Positions 9,533 through 19,043 are shown, numbered from the stretch's first letter. The stretch is DNA of 64,000 nucleotides from an uncultured Methanosarcinales archaeon (GCA_964630685.1 CAZVVW010000004.1:1-64000); one strand, 5' to 3'. Notes: a model not told the origin generated them from the letters alone. Translations and numbers: made by a program.

Positions 9533-10183
9533 TTAATTTTCTAGAATCATTTTGTAAGATTCTATTTTTCTTAAGTCCTTTGTTCGTGATTTTAAGTGGG
9601 TTTTTAAGTTGTGAACTATCTTCAGCGTTTCTTTATGAAGCTTTTTCCCCTGAATTCTACTTTCTTTGTAGAATAATTTGTCATAATCTTTTAATCTTTT
9701 ATTGATTCGATCTTCTATGATTTCTTCCATAGTCCCTTTTTTCCCCATTATACCTCTAATCATACCCATAAAACCTAGGCGCTCTAATGCATCTGCATCA
9801 AATACCACTTTTTCTTCTGGACTTGAAGGTTTAATCATAGAGGTAGGGGTGTGTTTTACAACTATCTTGGTAATTTTTCTAATTGTTTTAGTGTGATCTA
9901 TTAAAGATTCAAGAAATTCTTCTGCTCTCGAGCCGCCATCTATTCCATGAAATTCGCCAGTTGTTGCATTTATCCTGCCTATATCGTGCATTAATGCTCC
10001 GCAAATTAATATAAAAGGATCTATATCTTCTTTTATTTTCCTTCCAATTTCTATAGAATGTTTACAAACTTCTAAAACGTGAGAATAATCATGGCCTTCT
10101 GCTTTATGGTGTTTTTTTTCAATAAAACAAATAATTTTTTCAATTATCTTTTTTTCTTTATTAGTTAGTTTTCGTTTAAACAC
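9533..10183 (-). CDS. HD-domain metal-dependent phosphohydrolase
   Basis: GHDYSHV, LMHDIGR, H, KH and VFDADALERLG motifs; SD GAGGTGA precedes GTG at 10183. Confidence 0.9.
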   Translation of the reverse strand: MFKRKLTNKEKKIIEKIICFIEKKHHKAEGHDYSHVLEVCKHSIEIGRKIKEDIDPFILICGALMHDIGRINATTGEFHGIDGGSRAEEFLESLIDHTKTIRKITKIVVKHTPTSMIKPSSPEEKVVFDADALERLGFMGMIRGIMGKKGTMEEIIEDRINKRLKDYDKLFYKESRIQGKKLHKETLKIVHNLKTHLKSRTKDLRKIESYKMILEN

Positions 10184-10296
10184 CAAAATCACCTCTTTTA
10201 AAGTTTGATTGATTAGAGTATATATAAATTTTTTTAAATTTAAGCGAATTTATTTTTTTCAATAAATTTAAATAAGATAATTGAATTGGGGTTATC

Positions 10297-11163
10297 ATGG
10301 AATGGTATTTTTTTGGTTTAATGGCAGCAATCTTTTTTTCTGCCAGAATGTTAGTAGAAAAAAAGACATTAATTAAAGAACACGCATTAGAAATGTCTAC
10401 GGTTTTGTCCATCTTCATTTTCATTTTATTTTTTGTATTTATTGGGAAGGTCGATTTTTCAATCTCTTTTGATATTGTGATTTTAATTTTTTTTATTGCC
10501 ATATTGTGTACGTTTGGTTTTTGGTTTTTAGCAAAAGGAATAAGACATATGCAAGTGTCTGTAACTTCTCCATTACTTAATTTTAGTCCTGCTTTTGTGG
10601 CAATACTCGCAGTGGTTTTTTTAGGAGAAAAATTGAGCTATCTTCAACTTGGAGGTATTTCTTTACTTGTTTTTGGTTCTTATTTTTTGGAAGTAGAACA
10701 CCCATTAAAAAATCCATTCAAACCATTTATTCATTTATTTAAATCTAAATATACTCAATATTTGTTTTTGGCAATGATATTGTATTCTTTTGTTTCTATT
10801 TTAGATAAATTTATTCTTGGAAAAATAGACCAATTTACCTACCTTTTTATTTCCCAATTTTTTGTAATGATCAATTTTATTTTTTTAATTAATTTTCTTC
10901 ATGATGGTTTTAAAGGAATTGGGCACGGAATCAAAAAAGCCGGTAAGTGGATATTTTTGTTGGCAATGATTTTTATCGCACAAAGAATTTTTTATATGAC
11001 TTCTGTAACGATGATACAAGTAAGTTTGGCGTATCCCCTTTATAGGGTAGGCACACTTTTTTCTACTATAATAGGGGGCAAGTTATTTCATGATGGACAC
11101 GCAATTCATAGAATTATTACTTGTTTAATTATGATTATTGGTGCTGCATTGGTTGTGATTTGA
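10297..11163 (+). CDS. EamA/DMT-family transporter
   Basis: About 10 TM segments in two repeats; SPAFVAILAVVFLGEKL signature. Confidence 0.85.
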   Translation: MEWYFFGLMAAIFFSARMLVEKKTLIKEHALEMSTVLSIFIFILFFVFIGKVDFSISFDIVILIFFIAILCTFGFWFLAKGIRHMQVSVTSPLLNFSPAFVAILAVVFLGEKLSYLQLGGISLLVFGSYFLEVEHPLKNPFKPFIHLFKSKYTQYLFLAMILYSFVSILDKFILGKIDQFTYLFISQFFVMINFIFLINFLHDGFKGIGHGIKKAGKWIFLLAMIFIAQRIFYMTSVTMIQVSLAYPLYRVGTLFSTIIGGKLFHDGHAIHRIITCLIMIIGAALVVI

Positions 11164-11167
11164 GACT

Positions 11168-11989
11168 ATGAAAGAAAGAAAAATAAGGGGGCTAACCAAA
11201 AAAGAAAACCTATTAGTTCCAAGATCTTTTGATGTTGTTGGAGATATTCTTATTTTTGCTGAATTTCCTGAAGAGTTGAAGAAAAAAGAAAATTTAGTTG
11301 GTGAATGGTTTATTGAACAAAATAAACACATTAAAGTTGTTTTAAAAAAAGTAAAAAAATATTCAGGAAAATATAGGACTCCAGTTCTAAGGGTTGTTGC
11401 AGGAGAAAGAAGGAAAAAGACAAGATATATTGAACATGGATGTAGGTTTGATTTGAATGTAGAGTCGACTTATTTTTCTCCTAGATTAAGCACAGAAAGA
11501 AAAAGAATATATCAACAGATAAAAAAAGGAGAAAGTGTTTTGGTTATGTTTTCAGGTATTGCGCCATACCCTATAGTGATAAGCAGAAACACTTGCGCTA
11601 AAGAAATTTATGGTATTGAGATAAATCTATTTGCACATAAATTTGCTGAAGAAAACATTTTATTAAATAAGATTAAAAATGTTAAATTGTATAATGGGGA
11701 TGTTGATGTTATTTTACCAAATATAAAAAAGAAATTTGATAGAATTCTTATGCCCTTGCCAAAGGGAGCAGAAGCATTTTTAAGTGTTGCTTTGAGCAAA
11801 ATCAAAAAGAAGGGAGTAATACATTTATATGACTTTTTAGATAAACAAGATATTCCTGATTTGGCTATAGGGAAAATTAAAAATGCTTGCGAAAAAAACA
11901 ATAAGAAATTTAAGATTTTGGAAGTTGTTAAATGTGGGCAATACTCTCCAGGAAAGTACAGAATTTGCGTAGATTTTAGAATACTTTAA
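11168..11989 (+). CDS. tRNA G37 methyltransferase (Trm5/Tyw2 family)
   Basis: FDVVGDI, YFSPRLSTER, MFSGIAPY SAM-binding motif, FDRILMPLP. Confidence 0.85.
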   Translation: MKERKIRGLTKKENLLVPRSFDVVGDILIFAEFPEELKKKENLVGEWFIEQNKHIKVVLKKVKKYSGKYRTPVLRVVAGERRKKTRYIEHGCRFDLNVESTYFSPRLSTERKRIYQQIKKGESVLVMFSGIAPYPIVISRNTCAKEIYGIEINLFAHKFAEENILLNKIKNVKLYNGDVDVILPNIKKKFDRILMPLPKGAEAFLSVALSKIKKKGVIHLYDFLDKQDIPDLAIGKIKNACEKNNKKFKILEVVKCGQYSPGKYRICVDFRIL

Positions 11990-12012
11990 AAATAAACAAC
12001 GATTATTTCTTT

Positions 12013-12083
12013 ATGCGCGATGATTTGGTGAACACCCACAGATCCGAAAGGAAATGATGAAAGGAAGTAACTAATGAGCGTAT
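12013..12083 (+). ncRNA. Box C/D methylation-guide sRNA
   Basis: Terminal stem ATGCGC/GCGTAT; C-like GATGATT; guide; D' CAGA; TCC-GAAA-GGA hairpin; C' ATGATGA; guide; D-like ATGA; T tract; GC-enriched relative to its flanks. Confidence 0.8.
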
Positions 12084-12090
12084 TTTTAAT

Positions 12091-12230
12091 ATGAAACAAT
12101 TAATATGTCCAAAATGCAATTCAAAAGAAATTGTCCTAAATGTGGGTGGGCAAACAGGAAAGTATGAATGCAAAAAATGTGATATGTAGGGGCACTTATT
12201 ATAGAAAAAGAAATTAATTTAACCAAATAA
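12091..12230 (+). pseudogene. Small Zn-ribbon protein with apparent 1-nt frameshift
   Basis: MKQLICPKCNSKEIVLNVGGQTGKYECKKC stops at 12189; the shifted frame continues YVGALIIEKEINLTK, restoring CKKCGYVG if one G is added. Confidence 0.55.
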
Positions 12231-13361
12231 ATTCATATAATCATTTCCTTCTGCTTTTTCCCTTGCTTTTACTTTTTTTATTGCTTTTAGAAAATCTTTT
12301 TCAGTTATATTTATTTTATCTTTTCTTATTGCAAAATAACCCGATTCAGTACAAACTGCTTTTATTTCTGCACCAGAGAATTTTTCCATTTGTTTGATGA
12401 TTTTATCTATCTCAATGTCTTTATCTAATAACATATTTTTTGTGTGGATTTTGAATATTTCTTTTTTTCCTTCTTTATTTGGCAGAGGAATCTCAATTAA
12501 CCTATCTAATCTTCCTGGCCTAGTTACTGCCGGATCTAAAATATCTTTTCTGTTAGTACATCCAATTACTTTTACATTTTCTAAATGTTTGAACCCATCT
12601 ATTTCTGCAAGAAATTGCATAAATGTTCTTTGTACCTCCCTTTCTCCAGAAGTTCCAACATCAATTCTTGTAGCTGCAATTGCATCAAGTTCATCAATGA
12701 ATATAATGGTTGGAGATTTGGTCTTAGCTAATTTGAATATTTCTTTAACTAGTTTTGCCCCTTCTCCGATGAATTTTTGAACTAATTCAGAACCAACAAT
12801 TTCTATAAATGAAGAATTAGTTGAGGAAGCGACCGCCTTTGCTAAGATTGTTTTTCCGGTTCCGGGAGGGCCATAAAGGAGAATTCCTTTTGGTGGTTGA
12901 ATTCCTATTTTTTTAAATAATTTTGGTTTTTTAAGTGGGAGTTCTATGACTTCTTTAATTTCTTCCATTTGTTCTTTTAATCCACCAACATCACCCCATT
13001 TAGTTGTTGGTTTTTCTAAAATAACGAATTTTTCAACATCAAAATTCTTTGATAATTCTATTTTTTTTATGATTGTAAGGTTTCTTTGTTCAACTAATAC
13101 TTGATCCCCTGATTTAATTTTTTCACAATCATGGGAAAGATTCACAAAAAACTGATTTCCATTTTGAATTCTTATAATGGCATTTTTGTGATAGATTTCT
13201 TTAACTTCTGCAACCATTAAAGGAGTACTTTTGAATTTTTCTACTTCTTTTTTTAATTCAGAAACAGCTTCTCTTAATAAAGAAGTTTCTTCTTGTGAAA
13301 TAGATTCTACTCCATAATTATAACTTATTTCTTTTTCTTCATTGTTTGCTTTTGGCGGCAT
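12219..13361 (-). CDS. pan: Proteasome-activating nucleotidase (AAA+)
   Basis: Coiled coil/OB N-domain, PPKGILLYGPPGTGKT, KFIGEGA, IIFIDELD, GEREVQRT and RPGRLDR. Confidence 0.95.
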   Translation of the reverse strand: MPPKANNEEKEISYNYGVESISQEETSLLREAVSELKKEVEKFKSTPLMVAEVKEIYHKNAIIRIQNGNQFFVNLSHDCEKIKSGDQVLVEQRNLTIIKKIELSKNFDVEKFVILEKPTTKWGDVGGLKEQMEEIKEVIELPLKKPKLFKKIGIQPPKGILLYGPPGTGKTILAKAVASSTNSSFIEIVGSELVQKFIGEGAKLVKEIFKLAKTKSPTIIFIDELDAIAATRIDVGTSGEREVQRTFMQFLAEIDGFKHLENVKVIGCTNRKDILDPAVTRPGRLDRLIEIPLPNKEGKKEIFKIHTKNMLLDKDIEIDKIIKQMEKFSGAEIKAVCTESGYFAIRKDKINITEKDFLKAIKKVKAREKAEGNDYMNLFG

Positions 13362-13423
13362 TTTATCTATTTAATAAAGGGGGTATTTTTAAGTTTTTGC
13401 CTTATTTAGGTTGGTATAATGCC

Positions 13424-15166
13424 TTAAATCGCAAATTTACCCTTTTTTAGAATCCAAAATTCTTGTTTGCCTTTTACCCCATATATATCCATTTTTTGTT
13501 TTTTTGCGTTGATTACAATGTCATAATGGTATTCAGTTGTTCTATCTGGGTCAAATCCAGACCCCAAAGCAATGTGAATCATATTTGCTATTTTTTCGTT
13601 GACTATAAGGTAATCACATAATTCTGCTTCTGGATTTGTGTTTATTGCAAATTCTCCTAATTTATTGAAGTTTTTCTTTTTTAGATTGATAAGCGATTGG
13701 GGGAGAGATTTGTGTTTTTCTTTTTCAAGAAGCGCCCTCCAAGCATTCCTTTTTTCTTGATTGAGTTTTCGAATTATCTTTTTTGGTCCGCTGATGATTT
13801 TATATCCTTTTTTATCTGCTTTTACCACTAAAGGAATTTTTTCACTCAACATGTAACTTTGATCTATGCTAATTACAACGTCCCCATAAAAAGTTCCTTT
13901 AATATACTCAGGTGTCAGAAATGCTTCTCCGCCAGGAATGTTGGCCATGTTACCCACCTTCATACCTGTTTTTTTGTAGTATGTTTTGTTGATTTTATTT
14001 CTTGTTTCAGTTCCACTTAATTTTGCTTCTCTTTTGATGTTTTTCCCCTTTAAAAATACTTCAAAATTAGATTTTTTGGATTTTACAATTATTTTATCTG
14101 CTTTTTTCATTACATCTGCAATTGATTTATTCCTTTTTTGCATATCAAACCAATTTATTTTACTTGTTTTGATGAAAATATCTATCGGAAGAGTTTCTGT
14201 GAAACATACCCTGCTTTGAGGGTCTCTTGATTCTTCTTTTGATTGTGGATACCATTCAAATTTATAGATAATCCCACCAGGACTAGGCCACCTTGTTTTT
14301 TTATTTGGTGTTGGATAACCTATTGTTTCTCCAAAAAGGTGCTTTCCCCCATAACCCTTTCCATGAATAAAGAAATTAATATCTGAAGGTTTTAAACAAT
14401 TTAATTTTAATAATTTTGATAATTTTTTGTATTTTTGAAATACTGGCTCATCTATGTTTTTTTCTAATTCACAACCAAGCAAAGTTGTTTTTAAGTCCGA
14501 TACCCTATTTGCAGGTTTCAAGATGGATGTTTTTGAGCTAGATGCACCAAAAGAAACTTTATTTTTTAAAGAATCTTTCATTGCCCTTGCGATCGAAAAA
14601 GAATCTAAGTAATCTTCTAATGGGAGTTCTAATTGCTTAGGTATTAATTCAAAACCAACACCTACAGATTCCCACCATTTTACATTGCATGCTTGAGACC
14701 AAATCACTCTTGAGGTTTCTAAAAGATCTTTTTGCCTATATGGTTTAAACCATTTTGTTTTGAATTTAATACATAATTTTTCTTGGTTGAAACACTCATT
14801 GGTGTTTAGAATTAAATCTGGTTTTTTGAATATTTTTTTAAATTTACCTTTTGTTTTCTTTTCAACTTCGTTGATGAATTCTGAAAGGGCAATCGTTTTT
14901 TTATTTTCAATTTTTTGAGTTAACTGATTATAGGTTTCCCATACTCGCGCTAATGCTTTATATGCGTGATTGCCTTTTTTATTTATTCCCACCACATTTA
15001 ATTCTACATCTAGATTGTGGAGAGCTTTAGATAATGGTGCTATAGAGTAATATGCTTGTTTGTTGTTTTTTTCTAATAAAATTAGAATCGCTTTCTTTTT
15101 ATATTTTGAAAAAGATGTTTGGTAATATTTTACTGCACTGTCAAATTCTTTTTTGTTGTATTTCAT
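13424..15166 (-). CDS. Peptidase M29-like (aminopeptidase T/II) protein with long N-terminal region
   Basis: C-terminal NIPGGEAF, LGEFAINTN, NEKIANMIHIALG and HYD motifs. Confidence 0.7.
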   Translation of the reverse strand: MKYNKKEFDSAVKYYQTSFSKYKKKAILILLEKNNKQAYYSIAPLSKALHNLDVELNVVGINKKGNHAYKALARVWETYNQLTQKIENKKTIALSEFINEVEKKTKGKFKKIFKKPDLILNTNECFNQEKLCIKFKTKWFKPYRQKDLLETSRVIWSQACNVKWWESVGVGFELIPKQLELPLEDYLDSFSIARAMKDSLKNKVSFGASSSKTSILKPANRVSDLKTTLLGCELEKNIDEPVFQKYKKLSKLLKLNCLKPSDINFFIHGKGYGGKHLFGETIGYPTPNKKTRWPSPGGIIYKFEWYPQSKEESRDPQSRVCFTETLPIDIFIKTSKINWFDMQKRNKSIADVMKKADKIIVKSKKSNFEVFLKGKNIKREAKLSGTETRNKINKTYYKKTGMKVGNMANIPGGEAFLTPEYIKGTFYGDVVISIDQSYMLSEKIPLVVKADKKGYKIISGPKKIIRKLNQEKRNAWRALLEKEKHKSLPQSLINLKKKNFNKLGEFAINTNPEAELCDYLIVNEKIANMIHIALGSGFDPDRTTEYHYDIVINAKKQKMDIYGVKGKQEFWILKKGKFAI

Positions 15167-15193
15167 TTTATTTACCTCTTTTATTGTTCTCTT

Positions 15194-16234
15194 TTATGGT
15201 TTTACTTTTATTAATCTTTTTGTTGTTTTAGTCAATGTTTTTGGACCCTTTTTGGTTAAGAGAATCGTATCTTCAATTCTAATTCCTTGTTTATTGTATA
15301 TTCCTGGCTCTATTGTGAAAATGGTGCTTTCTTTTAGAGATTCTTTTGATTTTTCCTTAATGGAAGGAGATTCATGAATCTCAATTCCTAAACCATGCCC
15401 TAAACCATGTATTAATTTTTGTTTTAATAATTTTTCCGCTTGTTTGAAGAGAATGCTGCATTTTTTATTTATTTTGGAATCTTGAATTAAGGTTTTTTGG
15501 GTTTTTAATAAATCTCCATATATTTGAATTTCTTCTTTTGAGGGGTTTCCCAAATAAATTGTCCTACTCATATCTGAACAATATCCTTTGTATTTTACAC
15601 CCATATCAATTAGACAAAAACCCTTTTTTAATTTAGTGTTTTTTGGTTTGTGGTGAGGGTATTTTGAATTTGAACCTGACGCCACGATGGGGTCGAAAGC
15701 AAGCTCTAATCCTTTTTGGATGGTTTCATGTACAATAAAAGAAGAAACATCTGTTTCTGTAGTTAATTTTCTTTTTTTAATTTAATTTAATGTTTTTTTG
15801 AATATTTTATCGGTTTCTTTACATGCCTTAGTTATTTTTTGCACTTCTTTTTTTGTTTTAGTCGACCGTAATTTGGTTGTGATTGCAGAAATATCCAATA
15901 TTTTTTTATTTTTGAATGATTTTTTGATTCCCCTATATTGGTTGAGGGTTATTTTGTTTTTGTTCAACCCAATTGTTTTGGGGGTTATATTTTTACTAAG
16001 ATAATCAGTTATTTTTTTTGGCCATTTAGTTGGTTTGATGAGAGATTCTTTTTTTGCTGATAATAAGTTCATTGTTGGAATGAGTAAGGTTGGTTGAGTG
16101 GTTGTTGAGATAATTAAGCAAGCAAAATCCCCAAAATTAGAAAAATATTTTATATTTGGATCGTTACCAAAAAAGATTGCTGTTTGAATTTTGGCTTTTT
16201 TTAATTCTTTTTTAAATTCATTTATTTTGGTCAT
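15194..16234 (-). pseudogene. Xaa-Pro aminopeptidase (M24B) interrupted by one in-frame TAA at 15782-15784
   Basis: Creatinase-N domain and LRSTKT..E in the 5' ORF; reading through the TAA continues in frame (TTETDV...FDPIVASG) into IDMG, SDMSRT, HGLGHGLG, HE, TIEPGIY and RIED. Confidence 0.8.
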
Positions 16235-16300
16235 TTTTTTTAATTTGATAAATGTTAATAAAAATCTTTTGTTTTTGAGTTTGATTGGTTTGTTGATTGA

Positions 16301-16315
16301 GGGAAGGTTTATATA
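16301..16315 (+). promoter_or_regulatory. BRE/TATA promoter, likely leaderless transcript
   Basis: GGGAAGG-TTTATATA about 23 nt upstream of ATG 16338. Confidence 0.55.
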
Positions 16316-16337
16316 TTTTTAGTATTTTTGAAAATGT

Positions 16338-17546
16338 ATGAAAGAAAAAAGATTGAATAATGGGATGAATATTGTTTTTGAAAAAACGAGCACAGAATCA
16401 GTCACTATAGAAGTTGCAGTAAAAGTAGGATCTAATTATGAGGATAAAACGATCGGTGGCATAAGTCATTTTATAGAGCATCTTGTGTTTTGTGGAACTA
16501 AAAACAGAAAAAATTCAAAAGATTTAACTAATGAAATAGAAAGGTTGGGTGGCGAATTAAATGCTGCGACTGGAAACGAAACAACTTTTTTTTTTATTAA
16601 AATTCCTAAAAAACATCTAAAGATAGCTTTAGATGTATTATCAGATATTTTATTGAATCCCCTATTTAGGGAAGAGGATATAGAAAAAGAAAGAAAAATA
16701 ATTCTTGATGAAATAAATATGATAAATGACGAACCTAGATTTTATCAATGGATTTTATTTCAACAGGCGTGTTTTAATAGCCAAATAGGGAATCCCGTGT
16801 ATGGAACAAAAAAAAGTGTGAAAGGAATAAATCGACAGGAGGTATTAGATTTTTATAAAAAGTATTATGTCTCGAATAATATGTATCTCTCTATTGTGGG
16901 GGGTTGTGAGGAACCATTTGAATTAGTAAATTCTTTTTTTAGTGGTTTTGAAAAAGGAAAGATAAAAGAACTCTTTTTTGAAGAACTAATTAGAACTTAT
17001 CCTAATGAAAAAATAGAAGAAAAAGAAGTGACCCAATCGTATTTTGTTTTAGGTTATAAAACAGTACCTAAAAGACATAAAGATTCAATTGTTTTTAAGG
17101 TAATAAAATCAATTCTTGGCAGAGGCCAATCTGGGAAATTATTTGACGAAATAAGAAATAAAAGAGGGTTAGCTTATGATGTTGGTGCATATGATGAAGC
17201 TGGAATGGGCTATGGGTTTTTTGCAACTTATGCATGTACAGAACAAAAGAATATTGAAAAAATAAAACAATTAATTCTTGAAGAGTTGGATAAATTATTG
17301 GATGTTAGTGAGAAAGAAGTTAGTGAAGCAAAAACATTTTTAGAGGGGAATTTTTTAATTAATATGGAAGATACCCACAAAAGGGCGACATTTCTTAATT
17401 CTTGGAATTTATTTGGAAAATTAGGGGGTGCATCGAATTATTTGAAAAAAATAAATGGTGTAACTAAAGAAGATATCAAAAGAGTCGTAGGACAATATTT
17501 TGGGAGAAATTATACTTTGACTATTTTAAAACAAAAAGAAATTTGA
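16338..17546 (+). CDS. M16-family zinc peptidase
   Basis: Inverted zincin HFIEH, GGELNAAT, IEKERKIILDE and IRNKRGLAY. Confidence 0.93.
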   Translation: MKEKRLNNGMNIVFEKTSTESVTIEVAVKVGSNYEDKTIGGISHFIEHLVFCGTKNRKNSKDLTNEIERLGGELNAATGNETTFFFIKIPKKHLKIALDVLSDILLNPLFREEDIEKERKIILDEINMINDEPRFYQWILFQQACFNSQIGNPVYGTKKSVKGINRQEVLDFYKKYYVSNNMYLSIVGGCEEPFELVNSFFSGFEKGKIKELFFEELIRTYPNEKIEEKEVTQSYFVLGYKTVPKRHKDSIVFKVIKSILGRGQSGKLFDEIRNKRGLAYDVGAYDEAGMGYGFFATYACTEQKNIEKIKQLILEELDKLLDVSEKEVSEAKTFLEGNFLINMEDTHKRATFLNSWNLFGKLGGASNYLKKINGVTKEDIKRVVGQYFGRNYTLTILKQKEI

Positions 17547-17575
17547 TTTTTAATTTTATAAAATTCCCAAGCCAA

Positions 17576-18646
17576 TTATTCATTTATTTCAAAACTCTGT
17601 ACTTGTTTTAATAATTTTGCTGGCTTCCCTGTCTTGAAATGATCTCTTACTGGTTCGAGAAGTTCATTTATGTATTTTGCCGTGCTAGATTTAAGATCCA
17701 TCGGGTGTAATTTTTTATTTTTGAATGCTGTTTCGAGTTCTTGATAATTTTTAAAAGAGATATTTCCTCCAAATTTTTCTGGACGAACCACCCTAAATTC
17801 TTTTATTTTTTCAAAGATCAAATATTTACAATATTCTAATATTGGATTTTCCTCAATCACCCCTTCTGGACAATATGCTTTGTTTAGTTTTTTGTTTACT
17901 TCTTCTTTTGTATCTGTCATAAAAATGGCAGAATCGGGATTGGATTTGGACATCTTTATTTCTATTGCCCTATCTACTGTTGCTGTGCCTTGAGGTGGGT
18001 GTCCTAGCCCCATTAACATGTGGTGGTGTACTGCTATGGGTTTCCAAAAACCAAGCTTGGGCCCAATTTCTCGCGCCAAAACATTTACTTTTCTTTGGTC
18101 CATTCCTAATTGAGCAATATCAATTTTTAAATAAAATATATCTGCTGCTTGCATACAAGGATAAAAGATTTGGGATGCATACAAGGATTCTCCTTCTTTC
18201 CTACCCATTATTTGGCCACACCTAGTAATTCTTTTAACTGTGGAATTTCTTGCTATTTGCATTACTGTTTTCCAATAATTCACATCTTTCATTGCCTCAT
18301 TAGCCCAAATAAATTCTACTTTATCCATATCCATTCCAGTGGCTCTCCAAACTTCTATGAAATATTCTCCACAAATTTGTATTTTTTCTAGATCTCCGCC
18401 TAATTTATTATTTGCCCACGCATGCCAATCAGCAACCCACATTTTAAATTTACAACCAGCTTTAATCATTTTGTTGATATTAATTGCCCTTAGAAGCCCT
18501 TGAGCTATGTGTATTTTGCCGCTTGGTTCAAAACCATCATAAGCTATTGGATTTTTTTTAGTTTTGAGAAGTTCCTTTAATTCATCCTCTTTAATTACTT
18601 CTTCGCCAACTTCTTTTATTAAATTTAGTCGTTTTATTAGTTCCAT
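17576..18646 (-). CDS. tyrS: Tyrosine--tRNA ligase (archaeal type)
   Basis: YDGFEPSGKIHIAQG, YPCMQAADI, LGMDQRK, KMSKS and LHPMDLK. Confidence 0.95.
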   Translation of the reverse strand: MELIKRLNLIKEVGEEVIKEDELKELLKTKKNPIAYDGFEPSGKIHIAQGLLRAININKMIKAGCKFKMWVADWHAWANNKLGGDLEKIQICGEYFIEVWRATGMDMDKVEFIWANEAMKDVNYWKTVMQIARNSTVKRITRCGQIMGRKEGESLYASQIFYPCMQAADIFYLKIDIAQLGMDQRKVNVLAREIGPKLGFWKPIAVHHHMLMGLGHPPQGTATVDRAIEIKMSKSNPDSAIFMTDTKEEVNKKLNKAYCPEGVIEENPILEYCKYLIFEKIKEFRVVRPEKFGGNISFKNYQELETAFKNKKLHPMDLKSSTAKYINELLEPVRDHFKTGKPAKLLKQVQSFEINE

Positions 18647-18713
18647 CTTATTGAGATTTAAGTCTGAAAGTATAAATATCTTTCTTTTTTGAATTTTATT
18701 AAATTAAACTTTT

Positions 18714-18728
18714 CGAAAGGTTTATATA
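18714..18728 (+). promoter_or_regulatory. BRE/TATA promoter of the PRC-barrel gene
   Basis: CGAAAGG-TTTATATA, close to the archaeal consensus. Confidence 0.6.
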
Positions 18729-18779
18729 TTATCTAACTTACTAATTGAGATATTATTAGAGGGTTATAGGTGGACAAAA

Positions 18780-19043
18780 ATGGCTGAAGAAGAAAAGAAA
18801 TTTTCAAAACAATTATTGGGGAAAACTGTTGTTAGTAAAACAGGTAAAAGGTTTGGTGAAGTTGGAGATATGGTGTTTGAAACAAAATCTGGAGAATTGA
18901 TTCACGTTGTTTTACAGAATCCTACAAGTTATACTCAGAAAATGGAATTAGAAAAAGATAAATCAGGAAGTATATTAATTCCATTTAGTGCAGTTATTGC
19001 TGTTGGTGATTTTCTAGTTGTAGCAGAAGAAGACATAATATAG
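18780..19043 (+). CDS. PRC-barrel domain protein
   Basis: LLGKTVVSKTGKRFGEVGD...IPFSAVIAVGDFLVV. Confidence 0.9.
   Translation: MAEEEKKFSKQLLGKTVVSKTGKRFGEVGDMVFETKSGELIHVVLQNPTSYTQKMELEKDKSGSILIPFSAVIAVGDFLVVAEEDII

Noticed and set aside
12061..12073. sRNA D guide targeting the 16S 3' end (anti-SD)
   Set aside because: It resembles AAGGAGGTGATCC but has several mismatches; SD sequences in the window (GGAGG, GAGGTGA) imply a normal anti-SD
15782..15784. Alternative genetic code (TAA reassignment)
   Set aside because: TAA ends many well-conserved genes in the window at their expected positions
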